Below, piece by piece: positions 19,518 to 27,132 of a stretch of DNA of 32,000 nt. The DNA comes from Methanothermobacter thermautotrophicus str. Delta H (GTDB lineage: Archaea; Methanobacteriota; Methanobacteria; Methanobacteriales; Methanothermobacteraceae): the NCBI RefSeq assembly GCF_000008645.1, contig NC_000916.1, forward strand, positions 510,001-542,000. Direction: 5' to 3'. A program made the translations under genes and the position numbers. Position 1 is the first letter of the stretch, and every line of letters starts with the position of its first letter. Under the pieces are notes generated by a model. The model was not told where the DNA came from. It did not search any database and was given only the letters and a program-made list of their open reading frames with translations.

Positions 19518-19986
19518 TCCCATGGCAGAGAAAATTCACGTGAATCAGCCGCTGACCTCAAGGAGGATAATAGAACTCCTTGAGAAGAACCCCGACCTCA
19601 AGGAGATCACCTGCCCAATAAGTCTCTATCACCGGACCTCAAGGAGGTACCTTGACGCCCTTGAGGAACTTGGAGTTAATGTGAGTCCCGTGAAGAGAAT
19701 TGGAAGGCCGCGGAAGTACACAGATAATGATGTTAAGCTGGTTCAGAGCCTCCTGAAGGAGGGTAAAACTCCAAAGCAGATTTCCGGGATTACAAACATA
19801 CCCCTCAAAACGGTATACTACCTCAAGGGTGACATTAAACTCAAAAGGGGTAAGAAGAGGAAGTATGATAGGAACACCCGTCTCAGGGTCCGTGAGATGG
19901 CCAGGAATGGTATGCCCGCAAGGAAGATCTCAAAGGACCTTGGGATACCCCTCCGAACAGTTTACTACATTCTGAAGAACGGCTGA
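19510..19986 (+). CDS. DNA-binding protein with two tandem resolvase/Hin-type helix-turn-helix repeats
   Basis: Internal duplication: GRPRKYTDNDVKLVQSLLKEGKTPKQISGITNIPLKTVYYLKG and GKKRKYDRNTRLRVREMARNGMPARKISKDLGIPLRTVYYILKNG. It overlaps the upstream gene by 8 nt; an alternative start is ATG 19522. Confidence 0.65.
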   Translation: MIDPMAEKIHVNQPLTSRRIIELLEKNPDLKEITCPISLYHRTSRRYLDALEELGVNVSPVKRIGRPRKYTDNDVKLVQSLLKEGKTPKQISGITNIPLKTVYYLKGDIKLKRGKKRKYDRNTRLRVREMARNGMPARKISKDLGIPLRTVYYILKNG

Positions 19987-20107
19987 TTAAATAGTAAAGG
20001 TTACGTTAAGATGGATTACCCCGGTTATGATCCTCCAAAGAACGGCTGATGAAACCAAAAATGTATAAACCAGAGGGTGTTAATGAAAAGTATAACCTTT
20101 AAATTCT

Positions 20108-21106
20108 GTGCCAGATTATGTTTATGGTGATTCTATGGTTCTAAAACTTACCCTTGAATATTCATCTGTGCTGCTCGTGTCACTGATATGCTGCATAATA
20201 GCCTTCACATCCACCTACACGGTGATGCCACGCCTCATAAATAAGCTGAAGGAGGCCAATGTGGTCGGTAATGACATACACAAAATCTCAAAGCCCATAG
20301 TGGCTGAGATGGGTGGTATCGGGATACTCTTCGGCTTCACCATAGGGATGTTCATAGGTATGTACTGCTTCCCTGAACTCCAGTACGAGCTCATGGTGAC
20401 CCTCCTTGTCATACTCCTGGTCGGCATTGTTGGAATGGTGGACGACCTTGTGAGGCTCTCGTCACGTGAAAAACTCTTCCTGCTCTTCCTTGCGGGTCTT
20501 CCAATAATCTGGGTTGCCCCTCCGAAGGTCGGGATACTCTACATGATCATGATGCCGGTAGCCGTTTCAATAGCTTCAAACCTGACCAACATGCTGGCGG
20601 GACTGAATGGTATCGAATCAGGGCTCGGGTCAATTGCAATGACGGCCCTCACAGCCTCATGTATAATAATGGGCAAGTATGATGTCTCAATAATAACCAT
20701 GGCCATGCTGGGGGCCCTCCTGGCATTCCTCATGTACAACAGGTACCCATCAAGGGTGTTCCCTGGTGATGTTGGAACACTGATAATAGGTGCCTGCATA
20801 GCATCGGTTGCATTCATAGGCAGGGTCAAGATAATAGCCCTCATAGTCCTGCTACCGAATATCATAGATGGGATTCTGAAATTCTACAGTGCCGGTGTCG
20901 TTGAGAGGCACAAACACAGGCCCACAGAAATTGCAGAGGATGGTAAACTCATAGCACCCCCTGAGGGCTTCAACTCACTTATAAGGTGGATACTGAGAAG
21001 GCCAATGACCGAGAAGAAGGTTGTCATGATAGTGTGGTCCATAGGAATGTTCTTCGGGTTCCTTGGAGTCCTCCTGGCATTTATACTCCCACTTGATCCC
21101 TTCTAA
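20108..21106 (+). CDS. Glycosyltransferase family 4 polyprenyl-phosphate sugar-phosphate transferase (MraY/WecA/AglH-like)
   Basis: Polytopic membrane protein. Matching blocks: VGNDIHK...VAEMGGIGI, MVDDL, NMLAGLNGIESG, VFPGDVGTL. GTG start in the track; ATG 20135 is also possible. Confidence 0.8.
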   Translation: MPDYVYGDSMVLKLTLEYSSVLLVSLICCIIAFTSTYTVMPRLINKLKEANVVGNDIHKISKPIVAEMGGIGILFGFTIGMFIGMYCFPELQYELMVTLLVILLVGIVGMVDDLVRLSSREKLFLLFLAGLPIIWVAPPKVGILYMIMMPVAVSIASNLTNMLAGLNGIESGLGSIAMTALTASCIIMGKYDVSIITMAMLGALLAFLMYNRYPSRVFPGDVGTLIIGACIASVAFIGRVKIIALIVLLPNIIDGILKFYSAGVVERHKHRPTEIAEDGKLIAPPEGFNSLIRWILRRPMTEKKVVMIVWSIGMFFGFLGVLLAFILPLDPF

Positions 21107-21117
21107 CACCAGAGCCC

Positions 21118-22005
21118 CTAAAAACTGTATAATGTGTTCAGAAGTTCAAGGGTAACTGACTCCAGTTCCTTTTCATCGAGTTTCTGGAGTATCTCAACTG
21201 CGGCCCTGAAACTGGATGCAACACCATCAGCATTATTCCTTATGAAGTCAAGGGTCCCGAGGAGGACCAGGGCTACTGCGAGGCCAAGCTCATTATTTGT
21301 TTTCCTGAAGAGCGCCTCAGCCTTTTTAAGGTATCTCCGGGACTCATCAAAGTCCTCATTTTTAAGGGAATAGAGGCCAAGGAGTAGCTGGAGTGATGCC
21401 TCAGTGGATGTGTCACCTATATCCCTGGCAATCTGGTAGGCCTCCATTATCTGTGAGATTGAATCCTCATAGGAACCTGCCTCATAGAGTGTTAGGGACT
21501 GGACACTGTCAACCAGCCTGTTAAGCAGGGGCTCAATGACCTCAAGGTCAACCTCCGGCATCCCGGATTCAGACTCCTCCCGGAGCCTGTTGATGCTGGC
21601 TATATCCATGGCCTCCCTGATCTTCTCAACCTCCTTGATCTTCTCCCTTAGATCAGCCCTTAGAGGTGAGTTAACTGATGTGTAGATTCTGAGGGCCTCC
21701 ATGAAGTATTCCATGGCGGTCTTAACCTTTCTATCGCTGAGGTAGACGTCACCCATGGAGTCAAGGGCAAAGGCCATGAGTTCCTCGTCATTCATTTCAG
21801 AGGCCACCCTGTAGGCCCTTTCAAGGTAATCAAGGGCCTCGCGAGTATCACCCTCCTCGGCGTAGAATCCTGCTATCCTTACAAGGGTGTCAAATTCCTC
21901 CTCAAGAAGATCTTCAAGTTTTCGGAGATACTTCTCAAGTGATTCGCCCTCATCTTCACCCCTGAGAAAATCAAAGATTCCCAGAACAGCAAATATCATC
22001 ATCAT
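21118..22005 (-). CDS. TPR-repeat protein
   Basis: Repeated ~34-aa helical units with (A/G)xxY...A(L/I)xxY(F/L)xxA patterns, e.g. ALDYLERAYRVA, AMEYFMEALRIY, SRRYLKKAEALF. Confidence 0.7.
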   Translation of the reverse strand: MMMIFAVLGIFDFLRGEDEGESLEKYLRKLEDLLEEEFDTLVRIAGFYAEEGDTREALDYLERAYRVASEMNDEELMAFALDSMGDVYLSDRKVKTAMEYFMEALRIYTSVNSPLRADLREKIKEVEKIREAMDIASINRLREESESGMPEVDLEVIEPLLNRLVDSVQSLTLYEAGSYEDSISQIMEAYQIARDIGDTSTEASLQLLLGLYSLKNEDFDESRRYLKKAEALFRKTNNELGLAVALVLLGTLDFIRNNADGVASSFRAAVEILQKLDEKELESVTLELLNTLYSF

Positions 22006-22038
22006 AGCCCCGGAGATTTTATAATAGTATTATTTCGG

Positions 22039-22092
22039 TCCAGATTTAAATACCTATTTCCGGAAGACGTAATAGCTCCAGATTTAAATACC
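22039..22092 (-). promoter_or_regulatory. Two perfect 16-bp direct repeats (tccagatttaaatacc), each containing the palindromic TATA-like ATTTAAAT, upstream of the TPR gene
   Basis: Copies at 22039-22054 and 22077-22092 (38-bp period). The proximal ATTTAAAT lies 39-46 nt upstream of the ATG at 22005, a plausible archaeal TATA box position for a short leader. Confidence 0.4.
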
Positions 22093-22146
22093 CGGGAACA
22101 GAATACCCCAGTATTTTCTGATATGAGTGATTATAAAGATGGGCCA

Positions 22147-22261
22147 ATTGCCCTTCATGTTATCAGCCCACTTTAATGCCCTGATCCGTTATCCTCGGAT
22201 ACAAGCAATGAGTTATTGCCCTTCATGTTATCAGCCCACTTTAATGCCCTGATCCGTTATC
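22147..22261. repeat. 47-bp perfect direct repeat (22147-22193 and 22215-22261) duplicating the 3' end of the KaiC-like gene
   Basis: attgcccttcatgttatcagcccactttaatgccctgatccgttatc occurs twice. The second copy covers the last 31 nt of CDS 22231..22905 including its stop, plus 16 nt of 3' flank. Confidence 0.95.
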
Positions 22262-22905
22262 ATGTAGGGTGCCTCCGTCCTTTCACCATCCATTACAGCA
22301 GATATCACTGATCCATCCATCTGGATGTGCACATCAAAGAGGCCGGGTATCTCCTCCTCTATATCCTCATCAGCAACACCTGCTGTATATGTCACGAGGG
22401 CGATGCCCCCCGCATCCCTCACACGGTCATTGTAGGCCTTCAGAACCCTTAGAACAAGTTTTGGGGGGTTGAATGCCAGTAGAATGGATGCTGAGTCAAA
22501 CACGGATATCATGGTGCCCTCCTCCTGGTAGAGGCTCCTCGTCGATATCCCCACCTTCACCATGAGGTCCGTTGTGTTCTGGATGGCCGAGTACCTCACG
22601 TTTCCAGAGTCCCGGGGTTTACCCCCTGCAAGACCTGTGGGGAGGTCTATTACATGAAGTTTATCTGCGAGGGACTGGATGAACCAGTTGAATGCCATGG
22701 TGTTCCTCTGAAGATCCCTGTAACCGTATTCAGCCGCTATGAAGAGGCAGGGGTTCCGTCTCTGAAGGGCCCGGTAGGTGAACTCTGTTGCAAGTACTGT
22801 CTTACCAACCTTTGGGGGGCCTGTTAACAGCATGAGGTACCCTGGCTCAGGTTTGCCGAGAACAGCGTCAAGACCCGCTATACCTGTGCTGTAGTTTTCG
22901 CTCAT
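22231..22905 (-). CDS. KaiC/RecA-superfamily ATPase, single domain (KaiC-like paralog 2)
   Basis: GIAGLDAVLG...GYLMLLTGPPKVGKTVLATEF (Walker A), VFDSASILL (Walker B-like). ~224 aa, similar to archaeal single-domain KaiC/FlaH-like proteins. Confidence 0.75.
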   Translation of the reverse strand: MSENYSTGIAGLDAVLGKPEPGYLMLLTGPPKVGKTVLATEFTYRALQRRNPCLFIAAEYGYRDLQRNTMAFNWFIQSLADKLHVIDLPTGLAGGKPRDSGNVRYSAIQNTTDLMVKVGISTRSLYQEEGTMISVFDSASILLAFNPPKLVLRVLKAYNDRVRDAGGIALVTYTAGVADEDIEEEIPGLFDVHIQMDGSVISAVMDGERTEAPYMITDQGIKVG

Positions 22906-22906
22906 G

Positions 22907-23608
22907 TTATCCCTCGTGGACCACCTTAATGCCTGAATCGTCTATGGTATAGGGGGCGCTGACCCTGCCTGTCCCCACCATCGCCTCAACTGTAAGTTCG
23001 GATCCATCGAGGTGTATTATGTTATCAACAACTGCCTTGAGCATGGTCTCCACCTTCGGATCAGCCGAACCCTCGGTGTAGGTTACCACAGCTGTTCCAC
23101 CGGCTTCCTTGATCCTCATTATGTATGCTGTAAGAACACGGACTATTAGCATCTCATCATTGAAGGCCATGAGGGTTGTGAGGGAGTCAAGGACCGACCT
23201 GAACATGCTGTAACGGTTCGTGATGTTCCTTATGGCAACCCCGAGTTTCACCATAATATCTGTGGGGTTGTGGACCGATGAGGAGAAGTATGTGCTGCCC
23301 TCATCACCTGAAGGACCTGATATGCTGGATATGGCGTCTATCACATAGAGGAGTTCCTTCTGCAGGTATGATTCAGGGTCCATGCCAAGTACAGCCATAT
23401 TCCTTTTCAGGTCGGATAATCCATAATCTGCAGATATGTAGAGGCACGGTTCATCCATCTCAGCCCCGCCGGCTGCAAACCCATAGGCGAATATTGATTT
23501 ACCGACCTTCGGTGGACCGTAAACCATGGTAACAGTGTTTTCAGGTATGGAAGCGCCGCCCATGAGTTCATCGAGGCCCCTTATTCCAGAAGGAATTCTG
23601 ACAATCAT
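22907..23608 (-). CDS. KaiC/RecA-superfamily ATPase, single domain (KaiC-like paralog 1)
   Basis: GIRGLDELMGG...VTMVYGPPKVGKSIFAYGF (Walker A), SVLDSLTTL (Walker B-like). Its C-terminus (PYTIDDSGIKV) is paralogous to the neighbour's (PYMITDQGIKV). A 1-nt spacer separates it from the next gene. Confidence 0.75.
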   Translation of the reverse strand: MIVRIPSGIRGLDELMGGASIPENTVTMVYGPPKVGKSIFAYGFAAGGAEMDEPCLYISADYGLSDLKRNMAVLGMDPESYLQKELLYVIDAISSISGPSGDEGSTYFSSSVHNPTDIMVKLGVAIRNITNRYSMFRSVLDSLTTLMAFNDEMLIVRVLTAYIMRIKEAGGTAVVTYTEGSADPKVETMLKAVVDNIIHLDGSELTVEAMVGTGRVSAPYTIDDSGIKVVHEG

Positions 23609-24790
23609 TCAACCACCGTATAGAAGTCCGAGGAGCGTGTCGAGGGCATCCCTTACACCCCACCCCTCCGTCACCGAGGCGGGTACTATGGGGACATCCG
23701 CTCCAAGTTTCATCATTTCCCTTATCTCCTCAGGTGAAAGGGCTCCAGGGAGGTCCTGCTTGTTCGCAACAACGACCTTGGGTATAGCTTCGGCCCTTGT
23801 CTTCCTTATCATCTCCTTGGCCCTTGCGAAGGTCTCGGGTGCAGTTGAATCAAGGAGTATGAATGCGCCAACAGCCTCCCTTGAGAGCACATCAAGTATC
23901 ATGTCAAATCTCTCCTGACCGGGAGTCCCGAAAATATCCGCCATGAAGCCCTTATATTCAAGGTGACCTATGTCCATTGCAATGGTTGTGGGGAATGCCG
24001 AAAGGGCCTTCCTGTCCACCGAGACCGACTTCGTGGCTATTGCCCTGACGAAACTTGATTTCCCGGAGTTGTAGGGGCCTGTTACAAGTATCTTCGGTAC
24101 ATAGACCTTAACGCCTCCGGGCTGAACAACAAAGAAGAGTACCATGGTTGATGGGGGTTCTGACCAGGCTGAATTGGCCACCATGAAGCCCTGACCTATT
24201 ATGACCCTCTCCTCGATCGTCCTGAGATTCACGACACAGTCCATGCTCTCCCTGAGCTTATCAATGAGTTCAGGTTCATAGTCCCATTCAGTGAAGAGGT
24301 AGACGAGGTTCACATCCAGTTCAGAGGCCCTTCTGTTCCATGCTTCAACTATCTCAAGGGTGTCACCGTTGCCAAGGTAGTCTATAATGACTGAAAGATT
24401 GTTTATTATCCCAACACCGCCGGGTATATCATTTATGGCATTAAGAACAACATCCTTTATCTCGGAGTAGTCATTAACAGTATAACGCTGATCTGATGGC
24501 ATCCCAAGGAACGGTGAGCTACCATCTACAAAGAAAAGGTTGCCATTTTCAATATGTGACTCTATATCCCAGCCATAGGATCTGAATTCATATATTATAC
24601 TCTCAGGTTCCTCAACATTTGTGAATATGAAACCTCTGGTCCCCTCATCCAGGCGGCCGTTTAGCATCTGGTAACCGAATGCCTCATAGTCAACACCCGG
24701 GGATGCTGAGAACATGATGGAGGCTCCCTCCTTCACTCCGCCGCCCAGAAGGTCGTCGAGCTTCGGAATGTATGTCTTATTCATGTTCAC
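23609..24790 (-). CDS. Fusion protein: N-terminal KaiC-like domain lacking Walker A plus C-terminal small Ras-like (MglA/Arf-like) GTPase
   Basis: The N-terminal ~230 aa begin like KaiC-type proteins ([34 protein letters not shown]), but GxxxxGK[ST] is replaced. The C-terminal part has G1 [10 protein letters not shown]3 [11 protein letters not shown] and G4 NKQD. GTGA overlap with the Roadblock gene stop; its own TGA abuts the next ATG. Confidence 0.75.
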   Translation of the reverse strand: MNMNKTYIPKLDDLLGGGVKEGASIMFSASPGVDYEAFGYQMLNGRLDEGTRGFIFTNVEEPESIIYEFRSYGWDIESHIENGNLFFVDGSSPFLGMPSDQRYTVNDYSEIKDVVLNAINDIPGGVGIINNLSVIIDYLGNGDTLEIVEAWNRRASELDVNLVYLFTEWDYEPELIDKLRESMDCVVNLRTIEERVIIGQGFMVANSAWSEPPSTMVLFFVVQPGGVKVYVPKILVTGPYNSGKSSFVRAIATKSVSVDRKALSAFPTTIAMDIGHLEYKGFMADIFGTPGQERFDMILDVLSREAVGAFILLDSTAPETFARAKEMIRKTRAEAIPKVVVANKQDLPGALSPEEIREMMKLGADVPIVPASVTEGWGVRDALDTLLGLLYGG

Positions 24791-25167
24791 ATCTCCCTGA
24801 GGATTTCATCCACCTGTGCTGCACGTGAATCCATCTCAAATAGCAGAAGCCCGAGCTGGGCCTCTGGTTCTGCCAGGGCCGTGAATATAGCCTTCTCCCC
24901 TGCAGGTTTGAGTATGATTATCCCCTTCTCGGTCCTCACGGTTATCTCAGAAACAGTTCCTGTGTTCATCTGACCTGAAGCTGCCTCTGCAGCACCCATT
25001 ATCGTTGAACAGAGGGCTGAGAATATTCTTGCATCAACATCCGGAGGTGTCCTTGCATTTATGAGCAGCCCCTCCTTTGAAACAATACCCGCAGCCCTTA
25101 TCTGACCCACCTGCATAAATGCAGATAGAACATCATCCAGCTTTTCCTTCTTTGTCTTGGTCATCAA
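24787..25167 (-). CDS. Roadblock/LC7 (MglB-like) domain protein
   Basis: ~126 aa with the typical pattern ...[44 protein letters not shown]...[26 protein letters not shown]. Confidence 0.8.
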   Translation of the reverse strand: MMTKTKKEKLDDVLSAFMQVGQIRAAGIVSKEGLLINARTPPDVDARIFSALCSTIMGAAEAASGQMNTGTVSEITVRTEKGIIILKPAGEKAIFTALAEPEAQLGLLLFEMDSRAAQVDEILREM

Positions 25168-25238
25168 TACACCCCAGTAACCCTGTGACCGGTTATCATA
25201 AGCCGCAACCCCGGTGAGGAGTATTACAGAGTAATTAT

Positions 25239-25302
25239 GTTACTGACCACTTATATCCCTTTAGATTTTGTCCTCTCAGTTACTGGCCCCTTATATCCTA
25301 TT
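25239..25302 (-). promoter_or_regulatory. Two imperfect 24-bp direct repeats (20/24 identical, 40-bp period), each carrying a TATA-like GGATATAAG (minus strand), upstream of the Roadblock gene
   Basis: gttactgaccacttatatcccttt (25239-25262) vs gttactggccccttatatcctatt (25279-25302). They lie in the 146-bp gap between the pilin-like gene and the Roadblock start (25167). Confidence 0.35.
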
Positions 25303-25313
25303 CAGTCATCTCA

Positions 25314-25812
25314 CTACACCCAGATGGTCTCTGATGTTGTGAACACATAGTGATCTGAAAAGGCAGGGTTATGGTAGGTGTTTGTGAGGTTCTCTGTGCC
25401 GAAGGTCCTTGAGATGGATCTCCTGATGCAGAAGTTAACACGGTCAGAGATGGACTCCCTCAGGGATGGTTTCATGGGTGGACCCGACAGCCACGCCCTT
25501 AAACGGAATTTTCTCCTCCCATAGGTGCTGCTGTAGCCATCTTCAATCAGTTCAACCCTCACAACCCTCACACTGGATGGTTCAAGGAGTTCCGGCTTCC
25601 GGGACTGGTAATCATCAAAGGTGACAGCCGGGTACACAGCGATGGTGTCGGTGAAGGCACCCTCAGATGCCCCGGTCCTTGCAGCTGAGTGTGCCTCCAT
25701 CAGTTCAAGCTGGAACTGTATCTGTCCGGCAAAAAGGACCGCGAGGATCAATGAGATGCCAGCCAGCATCATATACTCTGCTGCAGCCTGACCCTGCCGG
25801 GCCCTGGATCAT
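25314..25812 (-). CDS. Class III signal peptide (type IV pilin-like) protein; N-terminus split from its ATG by a probable 1-nt frameshift near 25797-25806
   Basis: In frame directly upstream of the track start (25772) the sequence reads SRARQGQAAAEYMMLAGISLILAVLFAG. This is a close match to the archaeal class III motif QxSxExxxL following a basic leader ending in G, but the frame is closed by TGA at 25809-25811. ATG 25812-25810 is in the adjacent frame. Removing one base in the cagggccc run gives MIQARQGQAAAEYMMLAG... Confidence 0.55.
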
Positions 25813-25843
25813 TCCATCTGAAAGCATGCACGTGACACCCTCC

Positions 25844-26284
25844 TCAGCTCGCTTCTGAGACCATGATAACCGTCCTGTTATTCCTGGGCGTGTTCCTGAT
25901 GGAGTACCTCCCACCGGGTTCAAGGTAAACCCCGGGTGTCCTGCCATAACCATCAGCAACAACCACCGGGTAAATAGTGGAGAATGCCCTCTGGCCGTCT
26001 GCCCAGCCATAGACCCCGCTTGAGTTGACCAGCACACTGTAGTCATCAGTGTGGTTGAGGCGCTCTGGCAGTTCCACCACCACCTCATGACCCGGTCCGC
26101 CTGCAGTGGCAAGGTTAACAGCCTCTGCAACATCTTCCAGGAGTATTCTCATCTCAAGGAGCCTCTCATCTGAGTAAACACCTTCAAGCCTTGCACCGGC
26201 AATAGATACCATCACTGATGCCAGCAGAAGTGTGAAGAAGAGCCAGGTTACTGCATCTGCTGTCACAACACCTTCTGAATCCAT
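25844..26284 (-). CDS. Small secreted/membrane-anchored protein with pilin-like N-terminus (weaker class III signal candidate)
   Basis: MDSEG/VVTADAVTWLFFTLLLASVMVSIAG: a short leader ending in G, then a T-x-D-x4-L segment and a hydrophobic helix, followed by a ~110 aa beta-rich-looking domain. It sits immediately upstream of the second pilin-like gene. Confidence 0.45.
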   Translation of the reverse strand: MDSEGVVTADAVTWLFFTLLLASVMVSIAGARLEGVYSDERLLEMRILLEDVAEAVNLATAGGPGHEVVVELPERLNHTDDYSVLVNSSGVYGWADGQRAFSTIYPVVVADGYGRTPGVYLEPGGRYSIRNTPRNNRTVIMVSEAS

Positions 26285-26361
26285 GGAAATTATTAATAAA
26301 TTTTATTATATAAATATTACTAACGCTGGTGTATTATAGGTTGATCTACATAGAGTGTAAC

Positions 26362-26784
26362 ATGTACTCCCTCGTGGTCTTCACTGGAGGACCCCACAAC
26401 TTCCATGAACTTGAAGAGTTCATTGAGGATGCAGGCGGTATCATAATACAGAGGGACACATTCAGTGTACACCGCGGTCAGTATTTCCTGAGAAACGAGG
26501 TCAGGGTTCTCTGCATAATCCCCCGCTGCGATGAGGATTCCCTTACTGAAACAGCCCGCAGAATAAAGGGTGAAGTGGAGGGCCTCGATGCCGATGATGA
26601 AACCAGAGAAATGATTGAGTCCATCATGGATGTCTACGACCAGCTTGCAGGTGAAGCATCCTGGACAGCTGAAGATGAAATTGGAGTGGATGGGGGGCTC
26701 CTCCATGAGATGGTGGAAATGGAGCTTCTGGATGTAAGAAGCAGGAACGGGGTGAACGAATACCGCCTTTCAGTACAAAAATGA
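26362..26784 (+). CDS. Hypothetical protein (about 140 aa), intact member of a local two-copy family
   Basis: The ORF starts most plausibly at ATG 26362 (MYSLVVFTGGPHNFHELEEFIEDAGG...); the track start at 26329 is in frame. It has a degraded paralog at 27303-27735. The C-terminus MVEMELLDVRSRNGVNEYRLS is reminiscent of a winged-helix wing. Confidence 0.6.
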   Translation: MYSLVVFTGGPHNFHELEEFIEDAGGIIIQRDTFSVHRGQYFLRNEVRVLCIIPRCDEDSLTETARRIKGEVEGLDADDETREMIESIMDVYDQLAGEASWTAEDEIGVDGGLLHEMVEMELLDVRSRNGVNEYRLSVQK

Positions 26785-26878
26785 AGCTGACTAACAAAGG
26801 CTAAACAGAAGATGAAGCGCCGCTACATGAACCCTTTATCCAGGTGATTCACCATACCGTTATAGTGGAGGATTTAAA

Positions 26879-27097
26879 GTGACAGATGAAATAAAACAGC
26901 TCGTGATAGGTATAAGCAGGGAAAGAGAAATAATTGTAAGGAGCAACCGGGGCCGCATATACCCTGTAAAGGTGTCGGATGACCTCGATTTCAGCTGTGA
27001 GGACCTCTTCAGGAACCCTGATATGGAACTCTACGCCACCATTAACACCGAAACCCAGCCCTGGGAATGCGTATCCCTTGAATACGTTAAGCCCTGA
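26879..27097 (+). CDS. Small hypothetical protein (72 aa)
   Basis: GTG-start ORF preceded by GTGGAGGAT (SD-like) and followed by an oligo-T tract at 27122-27127. No recognisable family. Confidence 0.45.
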   Translation: MTDEIKQLVIGISREREIIVRSNRGRIYPVKVSDDLDFSCEDLFRNPDMELYATINTETQPWECVSLEYVKP

Positions 27098-27117
27098 TTT
27101 TTAACTCATCAATTCAA

Positions 27118-27132
27118 TTTCTTTTTTATTTT
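27118..27132 (+). terminator. Oligo-T tract (tttcttttttatttt) after the 72-aa ORF
   Basis: T-rich run about 20 nt after the stop at 27097. Confidence 0.3.

Noticed and set aside
25705-26133. 142-aa ORF overlapping both pilin-like genes in another frame.
   Set aside because: It is an out-of-frame overlap with two ORFs that have better features (hydrophobic N-termini, class III motif). Only its ATG at 25812 is relevant, as the probable displaced start of the second pilin-like gene.
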